Source of the DNA: Anaerolineales bacterium
Lineage (GTDB): Bacteria > Chloroflexota > Anaerolineae > Anaerolineales > UBA11579
Length of the DNA: 64,000 bases
Reading direction: 5' to 3'
Assembly: GCA_019637675.1 (NCBI GenBank)
Contig: JAHBVE010000003.1
Location: 271,696-335,695, forward strand
The notes under the pieces were generated by a model. The model did no database searches, was not told the DNA's origin, and saw nothing but the letters and a program-made list of their open reading frames with translations. A program made the translations under genes and the position numbers. This document shows positions 27,959-36,761 of this stretch, piece after piece. Each line of letters opens with the position of its first letter. Position 1 is the stretch's first letter.

Positions 27959-29234
27959 TCCGCTCATAGCCCTGCTTGCTCTTCTATTGATATTTGATCT
28001 ACTGGTAACTGCTACCCGCGCCAGCGTCATCAATGTGCGCCAGACCCGCCTGGTCTCCCTCGAAGATGAACTGGGCACCAAGGCGGCCGGCACGCTGGAG
28101 CTGCTGAAGCACCGTCAAAATCTGCGCGACGCCCTGCAGCTTGCTCTGGCGCTACTGCGCTTCCTGATGGCCGGCCTGGTGCTCGACTTCCTCATCCCCA
28201 CATCCCAGGGCAGCGCCTCGGCCATCAACCTGGGCGCGCTGGTCGCCATCGGTTTCGCCATCTGGTTGGCCGAGTTCTTCGTGGAACGCCGCGTCCTGCA
28301 AGACCCTGAGCGCTGGTCGCTGCGCCTCAGCGGCGTGGCCCGCGTGGTCAATACGCTCATGCACCCCATCATCTTCGTGCTGACTCACCTCAGCCCCGGC
28401 GATCAGAACGTGGCTGACCTCGAAACCATCACCGAAGATGAACTCAAGTCCTTCGTCACCGCCAGCGAGCAGCAAGGCGTGCTGGAGGAAGAAGAGCATG
28501 AGATGATCATGTCCATCGTGGAGTTTGGCGACACGCTGGTGCGCGAGATCATGGTGCCGCGCATCGATATCTTCTCGCTGGACGCCAACATGCAGCTCAA
28601 GGAAGCCGTGGACGCCCTGATCGAATCTGGCTATTCGCGCATCCCGGTCTATAACGAAACGATCGATGATATTGTCGGCGTGCTGTACCTCAAAGACATC
28701 CTCAAAGCCTGGCGTAGCGGGGATGGCGCCACCAAGACCCTGCGAGAGCTGGCGCGCGGCGCGTACTTCGTGCCCGAATCCAAAAAGCTGGATGAGCTGC
28801 GTGCCGAAATGCAGGACAACCGCATCCACATGGGCATCGTGGTGGATGAATACGGCGGGGTGGCCGGCCTGGTGACCCTGGAAGATTTGATGGAAGAGAT
28901 CGTCGGCGAGATCCAGGACGAGTATGACGACCTGGGCGAAGAGCAAAATCACCAGAAGATCTCCGATGATGAGTACGTATTTCATGGGCGTATTCCACTG
29001 GCAGACTTCAACGAAATCATGCAAAGTGACCTGAGCACAGAGAACGCCGACACCCTGGGCGGTTTCCTGTTCAGCGAGCTTGGCCGCCTGCCGCGCGTGG
29101 GTGAGCAAGTGAAACATGACGGTTTGCTTTTCACCGTAGAATTCATTACCGGCCGCCGCATCCGCCGGGTGCGCGCCGTGCGCAGCCCGGCCGCGCTGCT
29201 GGAAACCGAGAAAGAAGATAATGTCAAAGACTGA
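27888..29234 (+). CDS. CNNM/HlyC-CorC family transporter (DUF21 - CBS pair - CorC_HlyC)
   Basis: DUF21 membrane region (LISPLIALLALLLIFDLLVTATRASV...), CBS pair (REIMVPRIDIFSL...), CorC C-terminal domain. Start uncertain: the ATG at 27888 overlaps glmU by 71 nt, and the only codons near the first TM helix are CTG/ATT at about 27951-27954. Confidence 0.8.
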   Translation: MFPPILWSPAYPPAPSANWKVLISPLIALLALLLIFDLLVTATRASVINVRQTRLVSLEDELGTKAAGTLELLKHRQNLRDALQLALALLRFLMAGLVLDFLIPTSQGSASAINLGALVAIGFAIWLAEFFVERRVLQDPERWSLRLSGVARVVNTLMHPIIFVLTHLSPGDQNVADLETITEDELKSFVTASEQQGVLEEEEHEMIMSIVEFGDTLVREIMVPRIDIFSLDANMQLKEAVDALIESGYSRIPVYNETIDDIVGVLYLKDILKAWRSGDGATKTLRELARGAYFVPESKKLDELRAEMQDNRIHMGIVVDEYGGVAGLVTLEDLMEEIVGEIQDEYDDLGEEQNHQKISDDEYVFHGRIPLADFNEIMQSDLSTENADTLGGFLFSELGRLPRVGEQVKHDGLLFTVEFITGRRIRRVRAVRSPAALLETEKEDNVKD

Positions 29235-29619
29235 GCTGGTTCAAGCCGCACAACAAGCCCAACAGGCCGCCTACGCGCCGTACTCCAATTACCGCGTCGG
29301 CGCCGCGCTGCGCACCAAGGCCGGCAAGGTCTACCTCGGCGCCAACATCGAGAACGCCGCCTACCCAGACTCCATCTGCGCTGAACGCGTCGCCATGTTC
29401 ACCGCCATCATGCAGGGCGAGCGCGAGTTCGACTCGATCGCCGTCGTCACCCGTGACGGCGGCTCGCCGTGCGGCTCCTGCCGCCAGGTGCTGGCCGAGT
29501 TCGCTCTGCATGCCACCGTGCTGCTGGCCGACCAAAGCGGCCAGATCCTGCAAGAATCCACAGTAGACAAACTGCTGCCCGGCGCGTTCCTGCCCAGCAA
29601 TCTCAACATCAAGCCGTAG
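29221..29619 (+). CDS. cdd: Cytidine deaminase
   Basis: 132 aa. Zinc motifs CAERVA and PCGSCRQ. Confidence 0.9.
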   Translation: MSKTELVQAAQQAQQAAYAPYSNYRVGAALRTKAGKVYLGANIENAAYPDSICAERVAMFTAIMQGEREFDSIAVVTRDGGSPCGSCRQVLAEFALHATVLLADQSGQILQESTVDKLLPGAFLPSNLNIKP

Positions 29620-29626
29620 CCGCGCC

Positions 29627-30349
29627 ATGCGCACCCTGGTCCTCAGCGATATTCACGCCAATCTCACCGCGCTTGACGCCGTTCTGGCGGATGCGGGCGA
29701 TGTGGATGCCGTGTGGTGCCTGGGCGATGTGGTCGGCTATGGGCCAGACCCTAACGAATGCATCGCCCGCCTGGCGGCGCTGCCCAACCTGGTGTGCTTG
29801 CAAGGCAACCATGATGCCGCCGCCATCGGCCAGTTGGCGCTGGAAAGCTTCAATCATGAAGCGCGTATCTCGGTCGAATGGCTGCGCGATGTCCTCACTC
29901 CGGACTCGCTAACTTTCCTAAAAACCTTGCAGCCGATGCGCGTAGAGCACGGCGTCACCCTGGCGCATGCCAGCCCGCGCCAACCCGTGCTGGAATACTT
30001 GCTTGACAGTTATTCTGCGCTGGAGAATTTCGATTACTTCGAAACGCCGTTCTGTTTCGTGGGTCATACCCATGTACCGGTGCTCTTCATCAAGCACGGC
30101 GCGGGGATCAACCTGCAGATCCCGGCGACCAACACCACCATCCAGCTTCACGACCGCTGCATCGCCAACCCCGGCTCGGTCGGCCAGCCGCGCGATCGCG
30201 ATCCGCGTGCCGCTTACGCCATCTTCGATGCGCAGGATGCCAGCTGGAGCACGAACCGCGTAGACTACGACATCGCCCAGGTGCAGATCCGGATGCAGTC
30301 CGCCAACCTGCCCGAGCGTCACATCAGCCGCCTGGCTGGCGGTTGGTGA
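29627..30349 (+). CDS. Metallophosphoesterase family protein
   Basis: 240 aa. LSDIHAN, GDVVGYGP, GNHD, GHTH motifs. Confidence 0.85.
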   Translation: MRTLVLSDIHANLTALDAVLADAGDVDAVWCLGDVVGYGPDPNECIARLAALPNLVCLQGNHDAAAIGQLALESFNHEARISVEWLRDVLTPDSLTFLKTLQPMRVEHGVTLAHASPRQPVLEYLLDSYSALENFDYFETPFCFVGHTHVPVLFIKHGAGINLQIPATNTTIQLHDRCIANPGSVGQPRDRDPRAAYAIFDAQDASWSTNRVDYDIAQVQIRMQSANLPERHISRLAGGW

Positions 30350-30409
30350 CGGAACTTTTTGCCGGGCTGCTGCGTTAGTAGGGGAGATAGCATTTCAAGG
30401 AGAGATGAC

Positions 30410-31363
30410 ATGAAGCCGAAAGCCCCCTTGTTTATTGCAGTTTCCATCGTCGCCGCCATGCTGCTGGGCGCCTGCACCACGGCAGCCAACGCCATTGCAG
30501 ATTTTGATCGCAGCGCCGCGGTGGAAGCCCCCGCAAGCCCCAACATGTCCTTCGCCGGTGACATGGTGGCGATGGATGGCATGCAAGAAAGTTTCGGCGG
30601 TGGCGGAGTCGCCAGCGCGCCGCAACCAGCCGACTCGAAACGCCTGGTCATCCAGAACGCCAGCCTGACCATCGTCGTAGACCAGCCCGAAGACGCGATG
30701 CAGAGCATCACCGCCCTGGCCGAGCGCTTCGGCGGCTTCGTGGTCGACTCTTACCTATACCAGCGCACGCTGGCCAACGGGCTGCAAGCCCCCTCCGCCA
30801 GTATCACCATCCGCGTGCCGGCTGAGCACCTCACCGAGGCGCTCGATCTAATCGAGCAGGACGCCCGCAGCGTGGACAACCGCAGCCTCTCCGGCCAGGA
30901 CGTGACCGCCGAGTACACTGACCTGCAATCCCGCCTGCGCAACCTACAGGATGCCGAAGCCATGCTGCGCCAGATCATGCAAGACGCCACCGACACTGAG
31001 GATGTGCTGGCCGCCTTCAACCAGCTCAACTACATTACTGAGCAGATCGAAGTGCTGAAAGGCCAGATCAAGTACTACGAAGAATCTGCCGCCATGTCCT
31101 CGATCAGCGTGGAGCTGATCGCAAGCCAGGCCGTGCAGCCCATCACCATCGGCGGCTGGGAGCCGGTCGGCGTCGCCAAGGACGCGGTTCAGGCTCTGCT
31201 CAGCGCCCTGCAGAGCATTGTGAATGCCCTGATCTGGCTGGTGCTGTACGCCCTGCCGATCCTGCTGGTGCTCGGCGCTCCGCTGTACTTCCTGGTGCGC
31301 TGGCTGCGCCAACGCCGCGCCGCTGGCCGCCGCAAGCCGGCTGCCAAGCGCAAGCAGCGCTAA
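30410..31363 (+). CDS. DUF4349-type lipoprotein with C-terminal membrane anchor
   Basis: Start trimmed to MKPKAPLFIAVSIVAAMLLGAC (lipobox). Central region (ASITIRVPAEHL...SGQDVTAEYTDLQSRLRNLQ...) matches the DUF4349 pattern. Hydrophobic C-terminus, then a basic tail. Confidence 0.7.
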   Translation: MKPKAPLFIAVSIVAAMLLGACTTAANAIADFDRSAAVEAPASPNMSFAGDMVAMDGMQESFGGGGVASAPQPADSKRLVIQNASLTIVVDQPEDAMQSITALAERFGGFVVDSYLYQRTLANGLQAPSASITIRVPAEHLTEALDLIEQDARSVDNRSLSGQDVTAEYTDLQSRLRNLQDAEAMLRQIMQDATDTEDVLAAFNQLNYITEQIEVLKGQIKYYEESAAMSSISVELIASQAVQPITIGGWEPVGVAKDAVQALLSALQSIVNALIWLVLYALPILLVLGAPLYFLVRWLRQRRAAGRRKPAAKRKQR

Positions 31364-31375
31364 TTTCAAATAACA

Positions 31376-31412
31376 AATAAAAAAAGGCCGGCAAATTGCC
31401 GGCCTTTTTTTA
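31376..31412. terminator. Bidirectional intrinsic terminator between convergent genes
   Basis: AAAAAAA-GGCCGGCA-aa-TTGCCGGCC-TTTTTTT. Serves the + gene ending at 31363 and the - operon ending at 31410. Confidence 0.75.
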
Positions 31413-32294
31413 TTTGCTTGCGATGCCAGCGCGTGCCAGCACGCGCCGCGCCGCTTTCACCAGCGGCATATCGATCATCTTGCCGTCCAGCGCGAACGCG
31501 CCGCGGCCCTCAGCCTCGTGCTGCTCATACGTGTCCACTACACGCTGGGCCCAGGCCGTGTCCTCCGCGCTGGGCGTGAAAGCCGCCAGCACCGGCGCGA
31601 TCTGGTCAGGGTGCACGATCTGCATCCCGCTGTAGCCCAGCCGCGCTCCTTGCGCCGCCAGCCGCCTCAGACCTGCGCTGTCCTTGAAGTTGACGTGCAG
31701 CATATCAATGGCCTGCAGGCCGAAGGCGGCCGCATACGTCACCACCGCGCTGCGCGCGTAGAATACCTCTTCAGCTTCATCGGTGCGGATCGCGCCCACA
31801 TCGCTGGCAAAATCCTCCGACCCAAAGACCAGCGCCACCAGATGCGGGTCCGCACTGGCGATCTCTTTCAAGTTCACCACACCCATCGCACTTTCGATCT
31901 GGGCGAGTAAGCTCAACGTGTTGGGCGCCAGCGAGCGCGCTTGCTCTGCTTGCTGCAAGCGCGTACCCACTGTTTGCACATCCGCCGCGCCGGCGGCCTT
32001 CGGCAGCACGAGACCCTGCAAATTCGGGTGGCTGGCCAACTGTAGATCCTCGGCCTGCAAGCCGCTATCGGCTGCATTCACGCGCACCAGGCGCTCACTG
32101 TTGCCAAAATCCAGCTCGCTCAACGCCTTGGCGATCAGTGTGCGCGCTTCCGCCTTGCTGCTGGGCGCCACGCCGTCTTCCAGGTCCAGGCATACGCAAT
32201 CCGCGCCCAAGCCGGCGGCCTTCTCCATCTTGCGCCAATCGCTACCGGGCACATACAACAGGGTGCGCCTGGCGCGCATCGAGCTATTCTGCAT
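31410..32294 (-). CDS. HpcH/HpaI aldolase - citrate lyase beta (CitE)-like acyl-CoA lyase (HMG-CoA/citramalyl-CoA lyase type)
   Basis: 294 aa. LYVPGSDWRKMEKA, CLDLEDGV, FGSEDFASD are typical CitE-family motifs. Last gene of the carboxylase operon. An alternative ATG lies at 32279. Confidence 0.85.
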   Translation of the reverse strand: MQNSSMRARRTLLYVPGSDWRKMEKAAGLGADCVCLDLEDGVAPSSKAEARTLIAKALSELDFGNSERLVRVNAADSGLQAEDLQLASHPNLQGLVLPKAAGAADVQTVGTRLQQAEQARSLAPNTLSLLAQIESAMGVVNLKEIASADPHLVALVFGSEDFASDVGAIRTDEAEEVFYARSAVVTYAAAFGLQAIDMLHVNFKDSAGLRRLAAQGARLGYSGMQIVHPDQIAPVLAAFTPSAEDTAWAQRVVDTYEQHEAEGRGAFALDGKMIDMPLVKAARRVLARAGIASK

Positions 32295-32748
32295 CAGCTG
32301 CCTCGCGTTTCAAGAACATGACCGCCCGCTCGATCTCGACAACAACCTCGCCGGTCTGCTTGTACCCAATATGGCGCAGGCGCACCACACCGCGGTCAGG
32401 CTTGCTGCTGGAGGGGCGCTTCTCCAGAACCTCAGTCTCGACTCGGATCGTATCGCCGGCGAATACCGGGGTGGGGTGATTGACCTTTTCATAGCCCAGG
32501 TTGGCCACGATCGTCCCTTCGGTTAGTTCCGAGACCGTGATCCCCACCACCACACCAAAGGTGAAAATGCCATTCACGATCCGCCGGCCGAACTGGTTGC
32601 GTTTGGCAAACTCCTCATCCATGTGCAGCGGCTGGGTATTCATGGTCAGCCCGCTGAAGAGCACGTTGTCCGCCTCGGTGACCGTACGGGTGGCGGCATG
32701 GGCAAAGCGCTGGCCTATGCTCAAGTCTTCGTAAAACTTACCCGCCAT
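32284..32748 (-). CDS. MaoC-family (R)-specific enoyl-CoA hydratase/dehydratase
   Basis: Start trimmed to MAGKFYEDLSIGQRF. Hot-dog fold pattern (TEADNVLFSGLTMNTQPLHMDEEFA...). Confidence 0.85.
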   Translation of the reverse strand: MAGKFYEDLSIGQRFAHAATRTVTEADNVLFSGLTMNTQPLHMDEEFAKRNQFGRRIVNGIFTFGVVVGITVSELTEGTIVANLGYEKVNHPTPVFAGDTIRVETEVLEKRPSSSKPDRGVVRLRHIGYKQTGEVVVEIERAVMFLKREAADAE

Positions 32749-33229
32749 CACCAGGCTCCAATTCCACCAATAATTGGTCTTTTTCCACGCTCTGACCTTC
32801 AGAAACGACAACCTGCGCCACTTTTGCGTCCTGGCTGGCGCTGATGCGCACCTCCATCTTCATCGCTTCCAGCAGCACCAGGACCGCACCGGCACTGACC
32901 TGCTGCCCGGGCTGCACCAGCACCTTGCGCACCTGGCCCGGCATCGGCGCCCGCAGGCTGCGCTCGGCGCCGGCTGCCTGGCCGCCGGCGCGGCCGCCGG
33001 CCGTACGGCGCAGCAGAAAGCTGCACCCAGCCACATGCAGCCAGGTGTCGCGACCGTCTTTTGCCCAAGCCACCTGTACGCTGCGGCCGCCAATGTTCAA
33101 CTCCAGCGGCTGGCCGCGCACGATCGTGGCCTCGTGCACCTGCCCATCGACGAGCAAACGCAGTTGCTCGCCGTGCGCCTGCAGTTCAATAGTATAGGCC
33201 TGCCCGCGGTGCTCAAAGCTGAACTTCAT
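32738..33229 (-). CDS. Stand-alone biotin carboxyl carrier (biotinyl/lipoyl attachment) protein
   Basis: Start MKFSFEH (ATG 33227-33229) forms an ATGA overlap with the biotin carboxylase stop. C-terminal biotinylation motif LEAMKME. Confidence 0.8.
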   Translation of the reverse strand: MKFSFEHRGQAYTIELQAHGEQLRLLVDGQVHEATIVRGQPLELNIGGRSVQVAWAKDGRDTWLHVAGCSFLLRRTAGGRAGGQAAGAERSLRAPMPGQVRKVLVQPGQQVSAGAVLVLLEAMKMEVRISASQDAKVAQVVVSEGQSVEKDQLLVELEPGDGG

Positions 33230-34722
33230 CGCCCGCCACCCATGCGGAAGCCGCTGCCGCTCGCCCACGGCGAATATGGGTCAGTTGCTTCCTGCTCAGC
33301 TGTCGCCGCGGGCTGCAATTCCAGCGCCGCGGCAGCCAGCAAGGCTTCCAGAGATATTTCATCTGGCTGCCAGTCCGCGAACCTGCGCTCGATGAACTGA
33401 GTATCAAAGTCGCCAGCCGCCACGGCTGAGTCAGCCAGCACAGCCTGCAAGAAGTCAATGTTGTTGACCACGCCCAGCAGCACTGTTTGGGTCAACGCCG
33501 CCCGCATGGCGGCCAGCGCCTGCGCGCGGTCGGCCGCGTGCACGCTCACCTTGGCCAGCATCGGGTCGTAGTGCACGCTCACCGTCTGGCCTTCGGCGAT
33601 GCCCGCATCCACCCGCGCGTCTCGCGGGAATTGCAAACACAGCACCTTGCCCGCCTGCGGAAGAAAGTTCGCCGCCGGGTCCTCGGCATAGATACGGCAC
33701 TCGATGGCATGGCCGCGCTGCGCCAGTTCGCTCTGCGTAAGCGGCTGCGCCTCGCCTGCCGCTACGCGCAGCTGCCACTCGACAATATCCACACCTGTGG
33801 TGAGCTCCGTTACCGGGTGCTCCACTTGCAAGCGGGTGTTCATTTCCAAGAAATAGAATTCGCGCGTACCCGGGTCAACCAGAAATTCCACCGTGCCGGC
33901 ATTGGTGTACTCCACCGCCGCAGCGGCCGCCACCGCCGCCTCACACATCGCTGTCCGCAATCGCTCATCCAGCAAAGGTGACGGCGTCTCCTCCACCACC
34001 TTCTGCCGCCTGCGCTGCAGCGAACATTCACGCTCGAACAAATGCAGCAGCTTGCCATGCTGGTCGCCCAGCACTTGCACTTCCATATGCCGCGCCGTTG
34101 CCAGGTACTTCTCCAGCACCAGGCGCTCGTCGCCGAACGCGCTGGCGGCCTCGCGCCGCGCCGCCGCGATCGCATCGCTTAGCTCAGCCGCAGCGTGCAC
34201 CACACGCTGGCCCACGCCGCCGCCGCCGGCCGCGGCTTTTACCAGCAGCGGGTAGCCCAACTCGGCCGCGGCGGCCTGCAGTTTCGCATCACTATCCTCG
34301 CCCTGATAACCGGGCAGCACCGGCACGCCCGCCTGCAGCATCAGTTGGCGCGCCGTGGCCTTGTCGCCCATCGCCCGTATGGCGGCCGGCGGCGGCCCGA
34401 TCCATACCAGGCCGGCGTCCATCACCGCCTGGGCGAACTCGGCATTCTCTGCCAAAAAACCGTAGCCGGGATGCACTGCGCCCGCTCCGGTCTGCTGTGC
34501 CGCGGCCAATACCGCGGCGATGTTGAGATATGAGTCACGCGCCGCGGCCGGGCCGATCAGCAGGGCTTCATCCGCTACCTGCGTATGCAACGCGCCAGCA
34601 TCCGCCTCGGAGTACACCGCAACGCTGGCCAGGCTTAGTTTCTTGCACGCTTGCGCCACGCGCACGGCGATCTCGCCCCGGTTGGCGATCAGTACTTTCG
34701 CAAAAGGCAACGGCTTGGACAT
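33226..34722 (-). CDS. Biotin carboxylase subunit of an acyl-CoA (methylcrotonyl-CoA type) carboxylase, lacking the BCCP domain
   Basis: Start trimmed to MSKPLPFAKVLIANRGEIAVR. ATP-grasp motifs (GYPLLVKAAAGGGG, EMNTRLQVEHPVTE). 498 aa, ending before any biotinyl domain. Confidence 0.9.
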   Translation of the reverse strand: MSKPLPFAKVLIANRGEIAVRVAQACKKLSLASVAVYSEADAGALHTQVADEALLIGPAAARDSYLNIAAVLAAAQQTGAGAVHPGYGFLAENAEFAQAVMDAGLVWIGPPPAAIRAMGDKATARQLMLQAGVPVLPGYQGEDSDAKLQAAAAELGYPLLVKAAAGGGGVGQRVVHAAAELSDAIAAARREAASAFGDERLVLEKYLATARHMEVQVLGDQHGKLLHLFERECSLQRRRQKVVEETPSPLLDERLRTAMCEAAVAAAAAVEYTNAGTVEFLVDPGTREFYFLEMNTRLQVEHPVTELTTGVDIVEWQLRVAAGEAQPLTQSELAQRGHAIECRIYAEDPAANFLPQAGKVLCLQFPRDARVDAGIAEGQTVSVHYDPMLAKVSVHAADRAQALAAMRAALTQTVLLGVVNNIDFLQAVLADSAVAAGDFDTQFIERRFADWQPDEISLEALLAAAALELQPAATAEQEATDPYSPWASGSGFRMGGGR

Positions 34723-36761
34723 CACGGCTCGCAACTCAACAGTTCGAACGCCGATTCTACGCTGGCGGCATCCACGCCGTTGGCGTCCAGCCGCGCCCAC
34801 AGGTCACACAGCATCGGCTGCATCAGCTTGGTGACCGTGTACGAGGTCTGCGTCAATTCCAGCGCACGCTGGGTGTTGCCCAGCATGGCATAACCCTCGA
34901 TAAAGGGCGTTCGCTCCGCCGGGTGGTTAGGATAGTCGTCCAATGCAAAAGCGCGGTCACCCAGTGCGGCCACCTCGGCCCAATCACCAAACTGGCGCGC
35001 CAGATCCGCCTTTTGAAAATAAAAGCACCAGGTCTCGCGCGGCTGCATATCCCAATACGGGAATTCGGCCGCGGTCGGAGCCGAGCTTTGCTGGATCATG
35101 CCCAGATTGCTCAGCTCAAGCAGACCGGCAACCTCTTTCGATAAGAGTGGGAAACGCGCGTCGATCTGCGGGTCGAGGATGCGCAGACAGCCCGGCGGCT
35201 CGTAGATCAGCACGAGCACATCTTTCGCCGTGCCTTCATAGTCAACAAAGTCATACGTACGCTGAATGTGGCCGCTGCTCGTCAACTCAGCCAGGTCGCG
35301 GGTGCTGCGCAGGTTGGCAAAGAAGAACGCGTGATTTAAACGCTGGCTCTCATGGGTCGGCGTGTATATCCAGTTCAGGGTCCCGGTAAGGGAATAGTCG
35401 GTGTTGTGCGCAAGCACGCGCAGCTCGGGCGAGATGATGGCTGCGTTGTCCGCCAGGTCAGGCGCCCGCCACGAAAGCTGGCGCGCAAACTCCGCCTGGC
35501 GTAACCACTCCAGGCGATACTGGTTGGCCGTGATGAAGTGCACTCCCACGCTCAGCCCCAGCAGGACCGCCAATGTGGCCATCCCCAACCGGCGCGAGCC
35601 CCAGGGCCGGCTGCATACAGCCGCCAGCAGCAGGCTGGCCCCAAACATCATCGGCATCGTGAAGCGGTCGCTGGGAAAGGAAAGGTCAAGCCGCAGATCC
35701 GCCACCCAGAACGAGAGGCCGGAAACCGCCAGCGCCACAAGGCCTAGCCACACCGCGTCACGGGCATGTTCGCCGCGCTTAGCGCTTTTGAGCACGACCC
35801 AGGCCACGCCCGCCGCAACCAGCACCACGGGCACATACGCAAGCGTGACCACAGAGCCGGCCTCCAGGTTTTGCAGCATGGTGATGGTCTTGCCCCAGGC
35901 CAGCAGGCCGCCCTTGATCACATCGCCGGCGGCGTGCCCAAGCCATTCCACCAGCGCGGGCAGCGGGTTGGCGGTAATCTTTTGCAGCAGGGTCGTGCCA
36001 TACAGCGCGTTATCCTGCTGGCTGGCCCACTGCCTCCAGACGAATACCCCCGCCAACACCAGCGCATACGGCCACCAACGCACCAGCGCACTCTGGAGCT
36101 GTTTGCGAGTGCTAGGCTTGAGCACAAGATAGAAAAGGAACGGGCGCAGCAGTTCAAGCCCATAGAAATATTCCGTGCACAACATGCTCGCCAGACCCAA
36201 AGCGATCGACGCGGCGTGCAAGCCAATGGCATTCTTGTCCGCCCGCAGCGCCTTAACCATCAGGACCAGCGACAGCAAGAACAGCGTGTAGTAGAAAAAG
36301 TACACGCTATACGTTACAGAGATGCTTTGCTGGCTAAAGCCCGGATACAGCAGGAACAATAGCGCGGCCGTCACCACAAAGCGGCGGTGCTGCGGCCACA
36401 GCAAGTTCACCAACCAATAGAAGCTGATCGCGCTGATCCAACGCCACAACAGGTTGGCAAGCTGCCAACCCAACGCGCCTTCGCCCAAAACAGAAAAGAA
36501 TATGTAATACACCCAGCCAGACAGCGGCCGGTAAGCGGCAAAATCTTGATAAATCTGCGGCCCAAACTGATAACTGCTCCACGCCAACGGCCAATCATCC
36601 CAGTACAGACCCAGCCAAGGGATGAACACGCCGTACGCCAAATACGCGAGCACAGCGCTCAACAGCAAGAACAACGCATGCGGCGAGCGTTCGCCCCAAC
36701 CAGAAATCCGTTGATTCAAATCAGCCAATAACTTCTTCAAAACGCTCCTGAAGCTGTTCAT
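34722..36761 (-). CDS. Polytopic membrane protein with soluble Cys-containing C-terminal domain, paralog A (GT-C-like, unassigned family)
   Basis: 679 aa. Roughly 11-13 hydrophobic spans, then an approximately 240-aa hydrophilic domain. [14 protein letters not shown] follows TM1. About half the residues are identical to 36758..38794 by eye. ATGA overlap upstream and 1-nt overlap downstream. Confidence 0.7.
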   Translation of the reverse strand: MNSFRSVLKKLLADLNQRISGWGERSPHALFLLLSAVLAYLAYGVFIPWLGLYWDDWPLAWSSYQFGPQIYQDFAAYRPLSGWVYYIFFSVLGEGALGWQLANLLWRWISAISFYWLVNLLWPQHRRFVVTAALLFLLYPGFSQQSISVTYSVYFFYYTLFLLSLVLMVKALRADKNAIGLHAASIALGLASMLCTEYFYGLELLRPFLFYLVLKPSTRKQLQSALVRWWPYALVLAGVFVWRQWASQQDNALYGTTLLQKITANPLPALVEWLGHAAGDVIKGGLLAWGKTITMLQNLEAGSVVTLAYVPVVLVAAGVAWVVLKSAKRGEHARDAVWLGLVALAVSGLSFWVADLRLDLSFPSDRFTMPMMFGASLLLAAVCSRPWGSRRLGMATLAVLLGLSVGVHFITANQYRLEWLRQAEFARQLSWRAPDLADNAAIISPELRVLAHNTDYSLTGTLNWIYTPTHESQRLNHAFFFANLRSTRDLAELTSSGHIQRTYDFVDYEGTAKDVLVLIYEPPGCLRILDPQIDARFPLLSKEVAGLLELSNLGMIQQSSAPTAAEFPYWDMQPRETWCFYFQKADLARQFGDWAEVAALGDRAFALDDYPNHPAERTPFIEGYAMLGNTQRALELTQTSYTVTKLMQPMLCDLWARLDANGVDAASVESAFELLSCEP

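Noticed and set aside
31378-31412. Possible small RNA between the DUF4349 gene and the citE-like gene
   Set aside because: The sequence is a perfect A-run / GC-stem / T-run palindrome placed exactly between two convergent stop codons. A bidirectional terminator is the simplest explanation.
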